A DNA stretch of 59,981 nt, counting the filler. It is 5 parts of 5 records of this genome, joined end to end, with 100 filler letters (N's around TTAATTAATTAA, not from the genome) between each part and the next. Parts side by side here need not be neighbours in the genome. Positions count along the whole stretch, not along the records: positions 1 to 9,727 come from SRR22947727_5399; positions 9,828 to 26,861 come from SRR22947727_5407; 3 more parts are not named here. One strand, 5' to 3'. Below, piece after piece: positions 1-10,749 of this stretch (position 1 is its first letter; each line of letters begins with the position of its first letter). A program made the position numbers and the translations under genes. The notes beneath the pieces were generated by a model. The model had not been told where the DNA came from and made no database searches. It worked only from the letters and a program-made list of their open reading frames with translations.

Positions 1-25
1 AACAGAGCTAGTCTCTGTTTTTTTT
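1..25. terminator. Intrinsic terminator-like hairpin downstream of oadB
   Basis: AACAGAG-ctagt-CTCTGTT followed by a T-run; truncated at the window edge. Confidence 0.5.
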
Positions 26-35
26 CGTCTTGAAT

Positions 36-1322
36 TTAACCTAGAAACTTTATCATTACACCAGCAGCTACTGCTGAGCCTATAACTCCTGCAATATTTG
101 GCCCCATGGCATGCATTAATAAATGATTTTGTGAATTGTATTCTAACCCAACCTTATTAACTACTCTTGCAGCCATTGGAACTGCTGAAACTCCAGCTGC
201 CCCTATAAGAGGGTTTATTTTTGTTTTACTAAATATATTAATTAATTTTGCTACAAGAACACCCGCTGCAGTTCCTATTGCAAAAGCAATCATTCCTAAT
301 ATAAGTATTCCAAGTGTCTCAGGAGTTAAAAATTTGTCAGCAGCCAGTTTAGATCCAACAGACAAACCCAAAAAAATTGTTACTATATTTATTAATGAGT
401 TCTGGGCTACATCGCTTAACCTATCAACCACTAATGATTCTTTCATAAGATTACCTAAACAAAGCATTCCTAATAGGGGTGCCGCGCTTGGCAATAGTAA
501 TCCAACCAACAAGAAGAGCATAATAGGAAAAATAATTTTTTCTTTTTGAGATACGTTTCTTAGCTGAACCATTTGAATAGTTCTTTCAGATTCCGATGTT
601 AAAGCTCTCATTATAGGAGGCTGAATTAATGGAACTAATGCCATATAGGAATAAGCAGCTACAGCTATTGGCCCAAGCAACTCTGGAGCTAAAATGGATG
701 AGACATATATTGCAGTTGGACCGTCAGCACCACCAATGATTCCTGTTGCAGCAGCCTGCTTTAGAGTAAAATCTATTAGTCCATAGTAATCTAATAATAA
801 CGCTCCCATTACAGTTGCAAAGATGCCAAATTGTGCTGCAGCACCTAGTATTAAAGTCTTTGGGTTAGCAAGCAGTGGTCCAAAATCTGTCATAGCGCCT
901 ACACCCATGAAAATTAAGAGCGGTGCAATTCCTGAGCCTATAGCTACCTCATAGAATATATATAAAATGCCTGGTGCATACCCCATACCTTGCGCTGCAT
1001 CATTTATTATTTTGAGATCCATATAAGACGCATTTTTAAGAAGCAATGACAAGTCGACACCACTTCCAAAATACTCACTTATAATTTGATTTATTTCAGA
1101 AGGATTATTTGCATATACAAGTTTTTCAATTGGACTCATTGATAAACCAATTTCTGGAATATTTGTAAGCAGAGCTCCAAAACCTATTGGCAATAATAAT
1201 AAAGGTTCAAATTTTTTATTTATAGCAAGATATAGCAGTAATAGACCAACTAGAATCATTAAAGATTGGCCAAGAGTTATGCTAAAAATACCCAAGGTTG
1301 AAAAGAATTCAAATAAACTCAT
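36..1322 (-). CDS. oadB: Na+-translocating oxaloacetate decarboxylase beta subunit
   Basis: Motifs [51 protein letters not shown]. Confidence 0.95.
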   Translation of the reverse strand: MSLFEFFSTLGIFSITLGQSLMILVGLLLLYLAINKKFEPLLLLPIGFGALLTNIPEIGLSMSPIEKLVYANNPSEINQIISEYFGSGVDLSLLLKNASYMDLKIINDAAQGMGYAPGILYIFYEVAIGSGIAPLLIFMGVGAMTDFGPLLANPKTLILGAAAQFGIFATVMGALLLDYYGLIDFTLKQAAATGIIGGADGPTAIYVSSILAPELLGPIAVAAYSYMALVPLIQPPIMRALTSESERTIQMVQLRNVSQKEKIIFPIMLFLLVGLLLPSAAPLLGMLCLGNLMKESLVVDRLSDVAQNSLINIVTIFLGLSVGSKLAADKFLTPETLGILILGMIAFAIGTAAGVLVAKLINIFSKTKINPLIGAAGVSAVPMAARVVNKVGLEYNSQNHLLMHAMGPNIAGVIGSAVAAGVMIKFLG

Positions 1323-3076
1323 TAATTTAAAACCTCAAATAGAGGCTGTCCTACTTGAACTTTATCTCCATTCTTAATAAAAATCTTACCAATTATTCCA
1401 TTAACAGGAGTTTTTATAGTTGTTTCCATTTTCATGGCTTCAAGAACTATAACAGTATCATCTTCTTTTATTTCAGAGCCTTCAGAATATTCTATCTTGA
1501 AAATATTCCCACTTAGCGGAGCATTGATAACGGTACCTGTTTTATTTATTACTTCCTTAGAAGCAGTTTCACTCGATGTAATATTATTTTCTAAGATTTG
1601 AGGCTCTTCGGTTTTAGAATACTTAACTACGTAATTTAATCCATTTATTTCAACATTATAGAAACCTTCTTTATCTTCAATTAGGTTTAATGGAGATTTT
1701 TCAAAAAATTCTTGCTTGTCTCTATTCTCTAGGAACTTCATCCCAATTTCTGGGAAGAGGGTATATATAAGAATATTTTCTTCACTAGCTTCTATATCAA
1801 GCTTGCTTTCACCAATAATCTTAAGAAATTTTTCTTTAGTTTTATCATATTCATTACTGTCTATTAGATCGGCAGGCCTACATGTTACAGGACTGTCGCC
1901 ATTTAAAACTTTCTCTTGTAAGTTCTTATCAACAGCAGAGGGAGTTTTTCCATACTCACCCTTTAGCAAGGCTGACGTTTCTTTTGTTATAACCTTATAT
2001 CTTTCATTATTTAATACATTTATTACTGCTTGGGTTCCTACAATTTGTGAAGTAGGTGTTACTAATGGAATAAAGCCAAGATCTGATCTTACATTTGGAA
2101 TTTCATCAATAACCTCATCAAATTTATCTGAAGCATTTTGTTCTTTGAGTTGATTTTCAAGATTTGTTAGCATTCCTCCAGGAACCTGTGAAGTAATTAT
2201 TCTTGCATCTACTCCTTTTAAAGAACCCTCAAAATTTGAATATTTTTTTCTAACTTCTCTAAAATGTTTTGCTATTGGCTCTAATTTTTCTAGATCAATT
2301 TTTGTTTCATAATCAGTATTATCGAGTATTCCGACAACCGTTTCTGTTGCTGAATGACCGTACGTCATACTCATAGAGGATATAGAAGTATCAATGTTAT
2401 CTAAACCTGCTTCAACACACTTTATTGCTGTAGTAGTGCTCATTCCAGTTGTTGCATGGCTGTGTAAATGGATAGGAATGTGAATTTCTTCCTTTAATCT
2501 AGAAACAAGTTCAAAGCCTACATAAGGATCTAATAATCCAGCCATATCTTTAATTGCTAAAGAGTGACATCCAAGATCTTGAAGTTTCAGGCTTAGATCA
2601 ACCCAGGTCTGAAGGTTATGAACAGGGCTTGTTGTATAAGAAATTGTTCCTTGCGCATGCCCATCATTATCAATTGCTGCCTTGATAGCAGTTTCCATAT
2701 TTCTCGGATCATTTAAAGCATCAAAAATTCTAAACACATCAACCCCGTTAGTTTTGGATTTTTCAATAAATTTATGAACTATTTCATCAGAATAATGCTT
2801 GTAACCTAATAAGTTCTGCCCTCTAAGAAGCATTTGCTGAGGGGTATTTGGCATCTTGCTCTTAATATTTCTTATTCTTTCCCAAGGGTCTTCACCAAGG
2901 TACCTAATGCAAGAATCAAAAATAGCACCACCCCAGGATTCAACAGACCAAAAACCAATCGAATCTATTTCTTTTAAAACTGATTCCATGTCTTCATATC
3001 TAAGCCTTGTTGCTAAAAGTGATTGATGGCCATCCCTAAGAACAACCTCAGTTATACCAATTTTCTTTTTATTCAT
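1322..3076 (-). CDS. oadA: Oxaloacetate decarboxylase alpha subunit (carboxyltransferase + biotin carrier)
   Basis: [23 protein letters not shown]-terminal biotinylation motif EAMKME; lies between oadG and oadB. Confidence 0.93.
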   Translation of the reverse strand: MNKKKIGITEVVLRDGHQSLLATRLRYEDMESVLKEIDSIGFWSVESWGGAIFDSCIRYLGEDPWERIRNIKSKMPNTPQQMLLRGQNLLGYKHYSDEIVHKFIEKSKTNGVDVFRIFDALNDPRNMETAIKAAIDNDGHAQGTISYTTSPVHNLQTWVDLSLKLQDLGCHSLAIKDMAGLLDPYVGFELVSRLKEEIHIPIHLHSHATTGMSTTTAIKCVEAGLDNIDTSISSMSMTYGHSATETVVGILDNTDYETKIDLEKLEPIAKHFREVRKKYSNFEGSLKGVDARIITSQVPGGMLTNLENQLKEQNASDKFDEVIDEIPNVRSDLGFIPLVTPTSQIVGTQAVINVLNNERYKVITKETSALLKGEYGKTPSAVDKNLQEKVLNGDSPVTCRPADLIDSNEYDKTKEKFLKIIGESKLDIEASEENILIYTLFPEIGMKFLENRDKQEFFEKSPLNLIEDKEGFYNVEINGLNYVVKYSKTEEPQILENNITSSETASKEVINKTGTVINAPLSGNIFKIEYSEGSEIKEDDTVIVLEAMKMETTIKTPVNGIIGKIFIKNGDKVQVGQPLFEVLN

Positions 3077-3299
3077 TGAATATTCTCTTTTTAATAATAT
3101 TAATTATCTCTTTATGCTCTATTGTTAATTTATTTACATCAGGACTTTTGGCTAAATTTTCCTTTGAGCTATCTATCAACTCTTCTTTAAACAATGATGC
3201 AGAAATGTTAATTAGCAGAATTAAAATTGAAAGGAATATCAATACAGTAACCATTCCGGTTAACATTAAATTGATTCCTGAAATAATTAAATCACTCAT
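3069..3299 (-). CDS. oadG: Oxaloacetate decarboxylase gamma subunit
   Basis: Short protein with single N-terminal TM helix (LMLTGMVTVLIFLSIL), first gene of the oad operon. Confidence 0.85.
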   Translation of the reverse strand: MSDLIISGINLMLTGMVTVLIFLSILILLINISASLFKEELIDSSKENLAKSPDVNKLTIEHKEIINIIKKRIFNE

Positions 3300-3411
3300 A
3301 ACAAGCTAGCTATTTTATATGTTTTTTAAAAGAAGAGTTTACCTGAAAGTATATAATTTCTTTTTATATTTATGAAAATATTATACAATATAAAAACTAA
3401 ACAATAAATAT

Positions 3412-3426
3412 TGTAAATAATTTACA
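3412..3426. promoter_or_regulatory. HexR-type operator palindrome upstream of gap
   Basis: Perfect inverted repeat TGTAAAT-A-ATTTACA resembling the HexR consensus TGTAAT-N3-ATTACA; hexR is on the same contig. Confidence 0.7.
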
Positions 3427-3443
3427 TTTTAAAAGTATATATT

Positions 3444-4481
3444 ATGAGAGTTGCGATTAATGGTTTTGGCAGAATTGGGAAAAATATAACTAGACATCTT
3501 ATTGATGCAGGTTTTTTAGCAGGCCAAGAGGGTGATTTAGAGCTAGTTGCTATAAATGATCTTGGCGATATAAAATCAAATTCCCATCTATTAAAATACG
3601 ATTCAATTCATGGTTCAATTCTTAATGATGTCAGTCATAGTGATGATGAAATTATAGTAGATAACTCATCTATAAAATTCTATTCTGAGAGAGATCCTTC
3701 TAATCTGCCTTGGGATGATTTAAAAATTGATATTGTTTTTGAGTGCACAGGCTTCTTTACTTCAAAAGAAAAAGCTTACACCCATATACTTGCTGGTGCG
3801 AAAAAGGTTTTAATATCAGCTCCAGCTCAAGATCCTGATAAAACTATTGTTTATGGAGTTAATCATGATCAGTTAGATGAAAATGATTTAATTATCTCAA
3901 ACGCATCCTGCACAACTAATTGTTTGGCGCCAATTGCTAAGGTTATTAACGATAATTTTGGAATTAAAAGTGGATTGGTTAACACTGTTCATGCTAGTAC
4001 TAATGATCAAAGCTTATTAGATGTATCCCATTCTGATTTATATAGAGCAAGAGCAGCATCAGCATCTATTATTCCATCTAAAACAGGAGCTGCAAAAGCA
4101 ATTGGTTTAGTTATTCCAGAACTAGAAGGAAAACTTAACGGTATGGCAACAAGAGTTCCTGTTCTTAATGTATCAATGCTTGATTTAACGTTCGAATCAG
4201 AAAAAGATTTTGAAATTGATGAGCTAATCGATGTTTTAACTAAATCTGCAAAGAATGAATTGCAAGGAATACTGTCTATGTGTGATTTGCCTTTAGTGAG
4301 TTCAGACTTTAATCACAACCCAGCTTCTTCTATTTTTGATACTAATCACATCTATAAGATTGGCAACCAAACTAAAATTCTGGCCTGGTATGATAATGAA
4401 TGGGGTTTTTCTAAGAGAATGGTTGAATTATCTCAATATATTAAACAAATATCCTCAATTTCACTCAAAGAAACTGCTTAA
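3444..4481 (+). CDS. gap: Glyceraldehyde-3-phosphate dehydrogenase, type I
   Basis: AINGFGRIG, active site SNASCTTNCLAP, WYDNEWG. Confidence 0.93.
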   Translation: MRVAINGFGRIGKNITRHLIDAGFLAGQEGDLELVAINDLGDIKSNSHLLKYDSIHGSILNDVSHSDDEIIVDNSSIKFYSERDPSNLPWDDLKIDIVFECTGFFTSKEKAYTHILAGAKKVLISAPAQDPDKTIVYGVNHDQLDENDLIISNASCTTNCLAPIAKVINDNFGIKSGLVNTVHASTNDQSLLDVSHSDLYRARAASASIIPSKTGAAKAIGLVIPELEGKLNGMATRVPVLNVSMLDLTFESEKDFEIDELIDVLTKSAKNELQGILSMCDLPLVSSDFNHNPASSIFDTNHIYKIGNQTKILAWYDNEWGFSKRMVELSQYIKQISSISLKETA

Positions 4482-4528
4482 AACCTCATTTTTAAGGTAT
4501 ATTCTCTTTTCTAAACAATGAATTATAT

Positions 4529-5944
4529 ATGAGCTTTACCAGAACAAAAATTATATGCACTATAGGTCCTGCTACTGAAACTATCAGCGCATTAAAAAAA
4601 CTTCACAATAATGGTATGAATGTTGCGCGTATTAATATGTCGCATGCTACTCACAAGTCAGCAAAAGCAGTAATTGATAGAATAAATAAAATCAATAAAG
4701 ATGCAAAAGTTGAATCTGGAAAGATTGGAGTCTTGTTGGACACTCAAGGACCAGAAATAAGAACCGGTGATACAGAATTGCCGTTGGATTTAAAAGTGGG
4801 TGATGAAGTTACCTTAACTGTTAGAGATCAAGTAGATGTTGAGACTTCATCAATTAAAATTAACTATAAAGATTTAATACATAGCGTTAGTGAGGGCTCT
4901 AAAATATCTGTCGATAACGGACTGATTAACTTTAAAGTCTTATCTAAAGATGAAGAGACATTGTTATGTAAAGTTTTAGATGGTGGTAAGCTTGGCTCAA
5001 AAAGACATGTAAATTTGCCAGGCGTTAGAGTTAATCTCCCATCTTTAACTGCTAAAGATATTGAAGATATTAATTTTGGGATTAAAAATGGAGTAGATTT
5101 TATTGCTCTATCTTTTGTAAGAAACAGTGACGATTTAGAAAAGCTACAAATCATACTAGATAAAAAGAAATCTAAAGCAAAAATTATTGCGAAAATTGAA
5201 AATCAAGAAGGTTTAGATAATATTCATAATATTTGTAAAGCTTCCTGGGGTGTTATGGTGGCGAGGGGTGACCTAGGAATTGAAACTAGCTTAACCGATT
5301 TACCTAATATTCAAAGAAGAATAATGTATGCATGTGCTAAATGGGGAAGGAGATCAATTGTTGCTACTCACTTATTAGAATCTATGATTGAAAATCCAAC
5401 ACCTACAAGAGCAGAGGTTACTGATATAGCAAATGCAATATATGAAGGTGCTGATGCAATAATGCTATCAGGAGAAACAAGTGTTGGTAAATATCCATCG
5501 GAATGTGTAACCTTCTTAAAATCTATAGCAGAAAAAACAGAAAAGTTTAGAACTTTAGGTTATGAGAAGAATTTCACACCAAACTCTGATTGGCAGCATA
5601 TTGGTGTGGCAGCAAAAAATCTTGCTGAGACAATTAATGCAGACGGCATCATAGCAATTACAAGAACTGGTAAAACAGCTAATTACATTTCAAACTCTAA
5701 ACCTAACAGCATTCCAGTTTTTACCTTTACTGGAAATAAAAAGACTCTCAATCAACTATCTCTTATAGGCTCTACAGTTCCCTTTTATTTAGCAAATCTA
5801 TCCAACCATGATAAAACATTGGCTAATGTTTCAAAGATTTTAAAAAAATATTATGGTAAAGACAAAAAAGATTTAAAGTTTATTATGGTTTCAAGTATAT
5901 TTTCAGAAGAGCACTCAGAAGCTATTCAAATTATAAATATTTAG
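4529..5944 (+). CDS. pyk: Pyruvate kinase
   Basis: RTKIICTIGP, DTQGPEIRTG, AKIE, MVARGDLG, PTRAEVTD, MLSGET. Confidence 0.96.
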   Translation: MSFTRTKIICTIGPATETISALKKLHNNGMNVARINMSHATHKSAKAVIDRINKINKDAKVESGKIGVLLDTQGPEIRTGDTELPLDLKVGDEVTLTVRDQVDVETSSIKINYKDLIHSVSEGSKISVDNGLINFKVLSKDEETLLCKVLDGGKLGSKRHVNLPGVRVNLPSLTAKDIEDINFGIKNGVDFIALSFVRNSDDLEKLQIILDKKKSKAKIIAKIENQEGLDNIHNICKASWGVMVARGDLGIETSLTDLPNIQRRIMYACAKWGRRSIVATHLLESMIENPTPTRAEVTDIANAIYEGADAIMLSGETSVGKYPSECVTFLKSIAEKTEKFRTLGYEKNFTPNSDWQHIGVAAKNLAETINADGIIAITRTGKTANYISNSKPNSIPVFTFTGNKKTLNQLSLIGSTVPFYLANLSNHDKTLANVSKILKKYYGKDKKDLKFIMVSSIFSEEHSEAIQIINI

Positions 5945-5945
5945 C

Positions 5946-6575
5946 ATGTTTGATACTTTTGTAGAAAGCACCTTATTGATGTTTGTTGCAATAGATCCAA
6001 TATCTTTAATACCGATTTTTGCAGGTCTAACCGCAGGTCTAAATAAACATCAGGTTAAATCTGTTTACTTGCGAGCTAGTTTTGTATCTTTAGTAGTTCT
6101 TACTATTTTTTGGTTATTTGGTAATGCCATTCTTGACGCAATGAATATTAGCATGGACTCTTTTAAGATAATTGGTGGACTATTCTTAATTGTTATAGCA
6201 TTTCAGATGGTTTTTGAGCAAAGACAAATCAGGCGACAAAATACAGCAGATACAGCCATAGATGATGAAACTATAAAATCAATAGCAATATTTCCTTTAT
6301 CCATACCTCTAATAGCAGGTCCTGGAGCTATGGCAACAAGCTTATTAATATCAAAAGAATCTTATGCTTCAGCTTTAGATGGCTTGGTTTCATATCTACC
6401 AATACTCATAGTAGTATTTATAGCTACTATTGCCATGTGGTTATCTGCAAAGTTATCATCAAAATTAGGTCCAACCATTATTACTGTAGTACAAAAAATA
6501 TTTGGTTTACTTCTTGGCGCGCTAGCAATTGAATTTGTAATAGATGGAATAGCAAACTCATTTAATTTATTATAA
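5946..6575 (+). CDS. MarC family membrane protein
   Basis: FVAIDP, IAIFPLSIPLIAGPG, GLLLGALAIEF. Confidence 0.9.
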   Translation: MFDTFVESTLLMFVAIDPISLIPIFAGLTAGLNKHQVKSVYLRASFVSLVVLTIFWLFGNAILDAMNISMDSFKIIGGLFLIVIAFQMVFEQRQIRRQNTADTAIDDETIKSIAIFPLSIPLIAGPGAMATSLLISKESYASALDGLVSYLPILIVVFIATIAMWLSAKLSSKLGPTIITVVQKIFGLLLGALAIEFVIDGIANSFNLL

Positions 6576-6577
6576 AA

Positions 6578-7192
6578 ATGAAAAATTTATCAGATCAAAT
6601 AATCGAAATACTAAAACTTGCTATTAAAGAGAGCAACGAAGCAAGTTTAGTTGTAAGTGGGGGCTCCAGTCCAGTAAAAATATTTAATGAACTCTCACTA
6701 ATGCATCTAGATTGGACTAAAGTAAATATCACCCTTGTTGATGATAGATTTGTTGATAAATCCCATAACGATTCTAATGAAAAACTAGTCATAGAAAATT
6801 TGATGATTAATCATGCTATAAATACAAATTTTATATCCTTATGCAATTCACCAGACAAAGCTCTAAATATTCAAAGGCCTTTTGATGTTATGTTGTTGGG
6901 TATGGGTGAGGATGGTCATTTTGCCTCTTTATTCCCATCATTAATTAAAACTAATTCTAACTATTTTGAGCCATCATCAAAACCAGAAATAATTTATACA
7001 GAAGCTATGGGCAGTCCTGCACATAAAAGAGTTAGTATGAATCTGTCTATGATACTTCAATCCAAAAATATATTTTTATTAATACCTAATAAAAAGAAAT
7101 TAGAGGTCTATGAACAAGCTAAAAGTAACAAAGAATTACCTTTGTATTTTCTACTCAATCAAACAGAAATCAAAATAAATATAATTTCTTAA
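6578..7192 (+). CDS. pgl: 6-phosphogluconolactonase
   Basis: LVVSGGSSP, LVDDR, LLGMGEDGHFASLFP. Confidence 0.9.
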   Translation: MKNLSDQIIEILKLAIKESNEASLVVSGGSSPVKIFNELSLMHLDWTKVNITLVDDRFVDKSHNDSNEKLVIENLMINHAINTNFISLCNSPDKALNIQRPFDVMLLGMGEDGHFASLFPSLIKTNSNYFEPSSKPEIIYTEAMGSPAHKRVSMNLSMILQSKNIFLLIPNKKKLEVYEQAKSNKELPLYFLLNQTEIKINIIS

Positions 7193-7211
7193 AAACTTAA
7201 TAGTTAAATAA

Positions 7212-8042
7212 TTAAACTCTAGTTTTTTCAATATTTTTAATAACTTCATCCTTTCTACTATCAAAAACCTTTCCAAATCTAGCCTGGACGGTCGCAGAAA
7301 GTATATCAATAATAGCTAAATGAGCTAGTCTGGATGTCATAGGGATATGAAGATTATTCTCAAGATGAGTATGTATATGCAGAACAACATTAGAAAGCTT
7401 GGCAAGAGGGGAGTCTTCAGAAGTTAATGCTATTGTTTTTACACCATTTTTTTTAGCAATTTTAGCAGTTTCTACTATTTCAGAAGTTCTCCCTGTAAAA
7501 GAAATTAATACTAGAAGATCGCCTTCCTTCATCATTGAAACAATCATTCTTTGGTTTATATAATCTGTATGAGCAACGACAGGAATTCCAAACCTAAAAA
7601 ATTTGTGCTGCGCATCTAATGCAACAGGTCCTGAGCCACCAAGCCCAAAAAATGTAATACTACTAGCATTTGCTAGAAAGTCTGTTGCCTTATCGATCGA
7701 TTCTGGATTAAGATTTTGACCAACACTTACAATAGTTGACTGTATATCACTCATAACTCTCTTCACAACTTCAGGAGTATCCTTATCTACATTGAATCTG
7801 TCTAATAGTTGATTGGTATTAGTAATTTCTTGAGCTATTTGAATTTTAAAAGCAGGATACCCATCAAAGCCAAGTTTTTTACAGAATCTATTTACAGTAG
7901 GTAAGCTAACACCAGATTCATTGGCTAAAGATGTAATCGATTGACTTATAACTTTAGTGGGATTATTTAATACAGAAAGCGCAATCCATTTTTCAGATTT
8001 GCTTAATTTTACCTCACCATTAACTAGGGTATCTAAAATCAT
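7212..8042 (-). CDS. hexR: RpiR-family regulator HexR (HTH + SIS)
   Basis: SKSEK...VSLPTVNRFCKKLG, FFGLGGSGPVALDAQHKFFRF, PMTSRLAHLAIID; adjacent to pgl/gap/pyk. Confidence 0.88.
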   Translation of the reverse strand: MILDTLVNGEVKLSKSEKWIALSVLNNPTKVISQSITSLANESGVSLPTVNRFCKKLGFDGYPAFKIQIAQEITNTNQLLDRFNVDKDTPEVVKRVMSDIQSTIVSVGQNLNPESIDKATDFLANASSITFFGLGGSGPVALDAQHKFFRFGIPVVAHTDYINQRMIVSMMKEGDLLVLISFTGRTSEIVETAKIAKKNGVKTIALTSEDSPLAKLSNVVLHIHTHLENNLHIPMTSRLAHLAIIDILSATVQARFGKVFDSRKDEVIKNIEKTRV

Positions 8043-8059
8043 AATTTAATTATATATAT

Positions 8060-8076
8060 TTGTAATTTATTTACAA
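8060..8076. promoter_or_regulatory. HexR-type operator between divergent hexR and aceE
   Basis: TTGTAATTTATTTACAA near-perfect palindrome. Confidence 0.7.
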
Positions 8077-8155
8077 TATTTAACATTTATTATGAATATT
8101 GTATATTTTTAACATAATCTACAGTAAAATTAGATTCATAAAATTTGACATATAT

Positions 8156-9727
8156 ATGATACCTGAAGACAAAGATCCTATAGAAACAAGTGAATGGTTG
8201 GAAGCTATAGATAGCGTTATTGAGAAAGAGGGTGTTGAAAGAGCATCATTCTTAATGACAAAACTCGCTAAGAAATTAAATGAAGAGGGAGCAATTCCTT
8301 CATACAATCTTACAACACCTTTTAGAAATTCAATTCCATTAAAAGACGAGGCACAGATGCCTGGTGATTTATTTATGGAAAGAAGAATTCGTTCTTTAAT
8401 AAGATGGAATGCTTTAGCTTTAGTTTTAAGAGCAAATAAGAATGATGATGATTTAGGAGGACATATATCAACTTTCTCATCAGCTGCAACTTTATATGAT
8501 GTAGGCTTTAATTATTTTTTTAGAGGTTCAGAAGGTCAACTAGAAGATTTGATTTATTATCAAGGCCACTCATCTCCTGGGATATATGCAAGGTCTTTTT
8601 TAGAAGGGTATCTACATGAAGAAGATTTAGATAATTTTAGAAGAGAGGTTAAAAAGCCAGGTTTGTCTTCATACCCTCATCCCTGGCTGATGCCAGATTA
8701 TTGGCAATTTCCAACAGTCTCAATGGGTCTTGGACCAATTATGGGTATATATCAAGCTCATATAATGAGATATATGTCTGCAAGAGGTTTAGTCCCTAGA
8801 AATGATAGAAAGGTATGGGTTTTTTGTGGTGACGGGGAGATGGATGAACCAGAATCAAAAGGTGCAATAGCTCTTGCCGGAAGAGAAAGCTTAGAAAATC
8901 TAATTTTTGTTATAAATTGTAATTTGCAAAGATTGGATGGTCCTGTTCGAGGGAATGGAAAAATTATTCAAGAGCTAGAGGGTTCTTTTAGGGGCGCTGG
9001 ATGGAATGTTATTAAAGTCGTTTGGGGTAGAAAGTGGGATCCAATAATGGCTAAAGATAAAGAGGGTAAGCTTCAAGATATTATGGATGCTGTATTGGAT
9101 GGGGAAATGCAAAATTTTAAAGCAAAAGGTGGTGCATATACTAGAGAAAATTTCTTTGCAAAGGATCCGGAAGCCCTAAAAATTGTAGAAGATTTAACTG
9201 ATGAGGATATATACAAACTAAATAGAGGTGGTCATGATCCTTATAAAGTTTATGCTGCTTATCATAAGGCAGTTAATTCCTCTGGAGCACCTACGGTTAT
9301 ATTGGCTTTAACAACAAAAGGATACGGTGTTGGTTCCAGAGAAGCAGACAATACCACTCATCAGGTCAAAAAATTATCGCTTGATAATATCAAGTCATTT
9401 AGGGATAAGTTTAATATTCCAGTAACTGATGATGAGATTGAAAATATTCCTTATGTAAGACCGCCTGAAGATTCTCCTGAAATACAGTATTTAAGAAATA
9501 CCAGAGCAAAATTAGGAGGACCAATCCCTAGAAGAAGAACAAAATCTGAAGTTCTTTCAATGCCTGATAACAAAGCATTTGCTAAGTTATATTCAGGCTC
9601 AGATGAAAGAAAAATTTCTACAACAATGGCAGCTGTTAGAGTAATAACTGATTTGCTAAAGGACAAAGAGATAGGTAAAAGAATTGTTCCAATAGTACCT
9701 GATGAAGCAAGAACATTTGGAATGGAA
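8156..9727 (+). CDS. aceE: Pyruvate dehydrogenase E1 (homodimeric), 3'-truncated at contig end
   Basis: DPIETSEW, LGGHIS, YPHPWLMP, GDGEMDEPES, PDEARTFGME; ATG at 8156 preferred. Confidence 0.96.
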
Positions 9728-9827
9728 NNNNNNNNNNNNNNNNNNNNNNNNNNNNNNNNNNNNNNNNNNNNTTAATTAATTAANNNNNNNNNNNNNNNNN
9801 NNNNNNNNNNNNNNNNNNNNNNNNNNN
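9728..9827. other. Artificial contig linker
   Basis: N-runs flanking TTAATTAATTAA (stops in all six frames). Confidence 0.99.
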
Positions 9828-9828
9828 A

Positions 9829-10644
9829 CAAGAGTTACAAAGAAAACATAACACTATCAATGCAGTAGGTGATGATAGTTGTTTCTTTTTTAAAGTAACT
9901 GACGCACCAAAGGTACTTGACCAATATAATGATGAGGTAGAAAAGTCTAAACACTTTTCCTTTGAGTTAGATGGCAGTATTACTGGAGATTATGGCTCAC
10001 GTTATGGTAGTGGTAGCAGTAATAATGGTAAGAACTTTACCTATGCTATGCACCGTGAAGAAATGAAAGCAGTAGGACTTAATCCAGATTGTAACATTGA
10101 ACATGATTTAAAAAATCAAGATGTTACTCAAGGTGCTTACTCGTCAAGAAGTAATAACAACAACCCTTACCTTAGCCAATGTAGGAATGATAACAATTCT
10201 TTTCTAAATGGTCAGACAGGTGGTACTAATATGTATGAAGATTGGAATAGCAATTATGTTTTACAAGTTATTGGTACGGGTGGCTGCCGTTCAAGGGCTA
10301 TACCATGTTCAGACTTAGAGTTTCAGAAGTTTGAAATGATGATACAAGCTAAACAAAATCTAGTTACAAAGCATACTAAATGGATTGAATCTATTGTTGC
10401 TAAAGTAGGTAGACTTGAACAAGGTATAAAGTCAATGACTAAGTTCTCTCAAGTAGAGAAGTTCGCAGCCCACCCTAAGGTCAACTGGAAAATTGATGAT
10501 GAGATACTAGCCGATAAGATTGGTATGGACATTGTAGTTTCTATTGATGACCTAGCAGATGCAATAGATAATATTGATAAGTCTGCCCCAACTAGGGAAG
10601 AAAAGATATTAGCTTATAAAGAAGCTATGCGAATGGCTAACTAA
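9829..10644 (+). CDS. Hypothetical phage early protein, 5'-truncated
   Basis: Frame of ORF 10048-10644 stays open back to the contig start (QELQRKHNTINAVGDDSCFFF...). Confidence 0.8.
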   Translation, partial: QELQRKHNTINAVGDDSCFFFKVTDAPKVLDQYNDEVEKSKHFSFELDGSITGDYGSRYGSGSSNNGKNFTYAMHREEMKAVGLNPDCNIEHDLKNQDVTQGAYSSRSNNNNPYLSQCRNDNNSFLNGQTGGTNMYEDWNSNYVLQVIGTGGCRSRAIPCSDLEFQKFEMMIQAKQNLVTKHTKWIESIVAKVGRLEQGIKSMTKFSQVEKFAAHPKVNWKIDDEILADKIGMDIVVSIDDLADAIDNIDKSAPTREEKILAYKEAMRMAN

Positions 10645-10660
10645 CTATAAGAGATATCAG

Positions 10661-10689
10661 TTGACATACTAGCAATAGTATAGTATATT
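10661..10689 (+). promoter_or_regulatory. Sigma70-type promoter
   Basis: TTGACA-17bp-TATATT. Confidence 0.7.
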
Positions 10690-10728
10690 AAAGGCATTAC
10701 TAATTAATTTTAGTAGTGCCTTTTTTTT
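10690..10728 (+). terminator. Intrinsic terminator hairpin
   Basis: AAAGGCATTACTA...TAGTAGTGCCTTT plus T-run. Confidence 0.7.
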
Positions 10729-10749
10729 AACCCAACAATAAGGAAACAT

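Noticed and set aside
136-2153. Antisense ORFs over oadB/oadA, and similar shadow ORFs over the helicase, polymerase, RND and icd genes
   Set aside because: Reverse-frame shadows of well-supported genes, without SD or recognisable motifs
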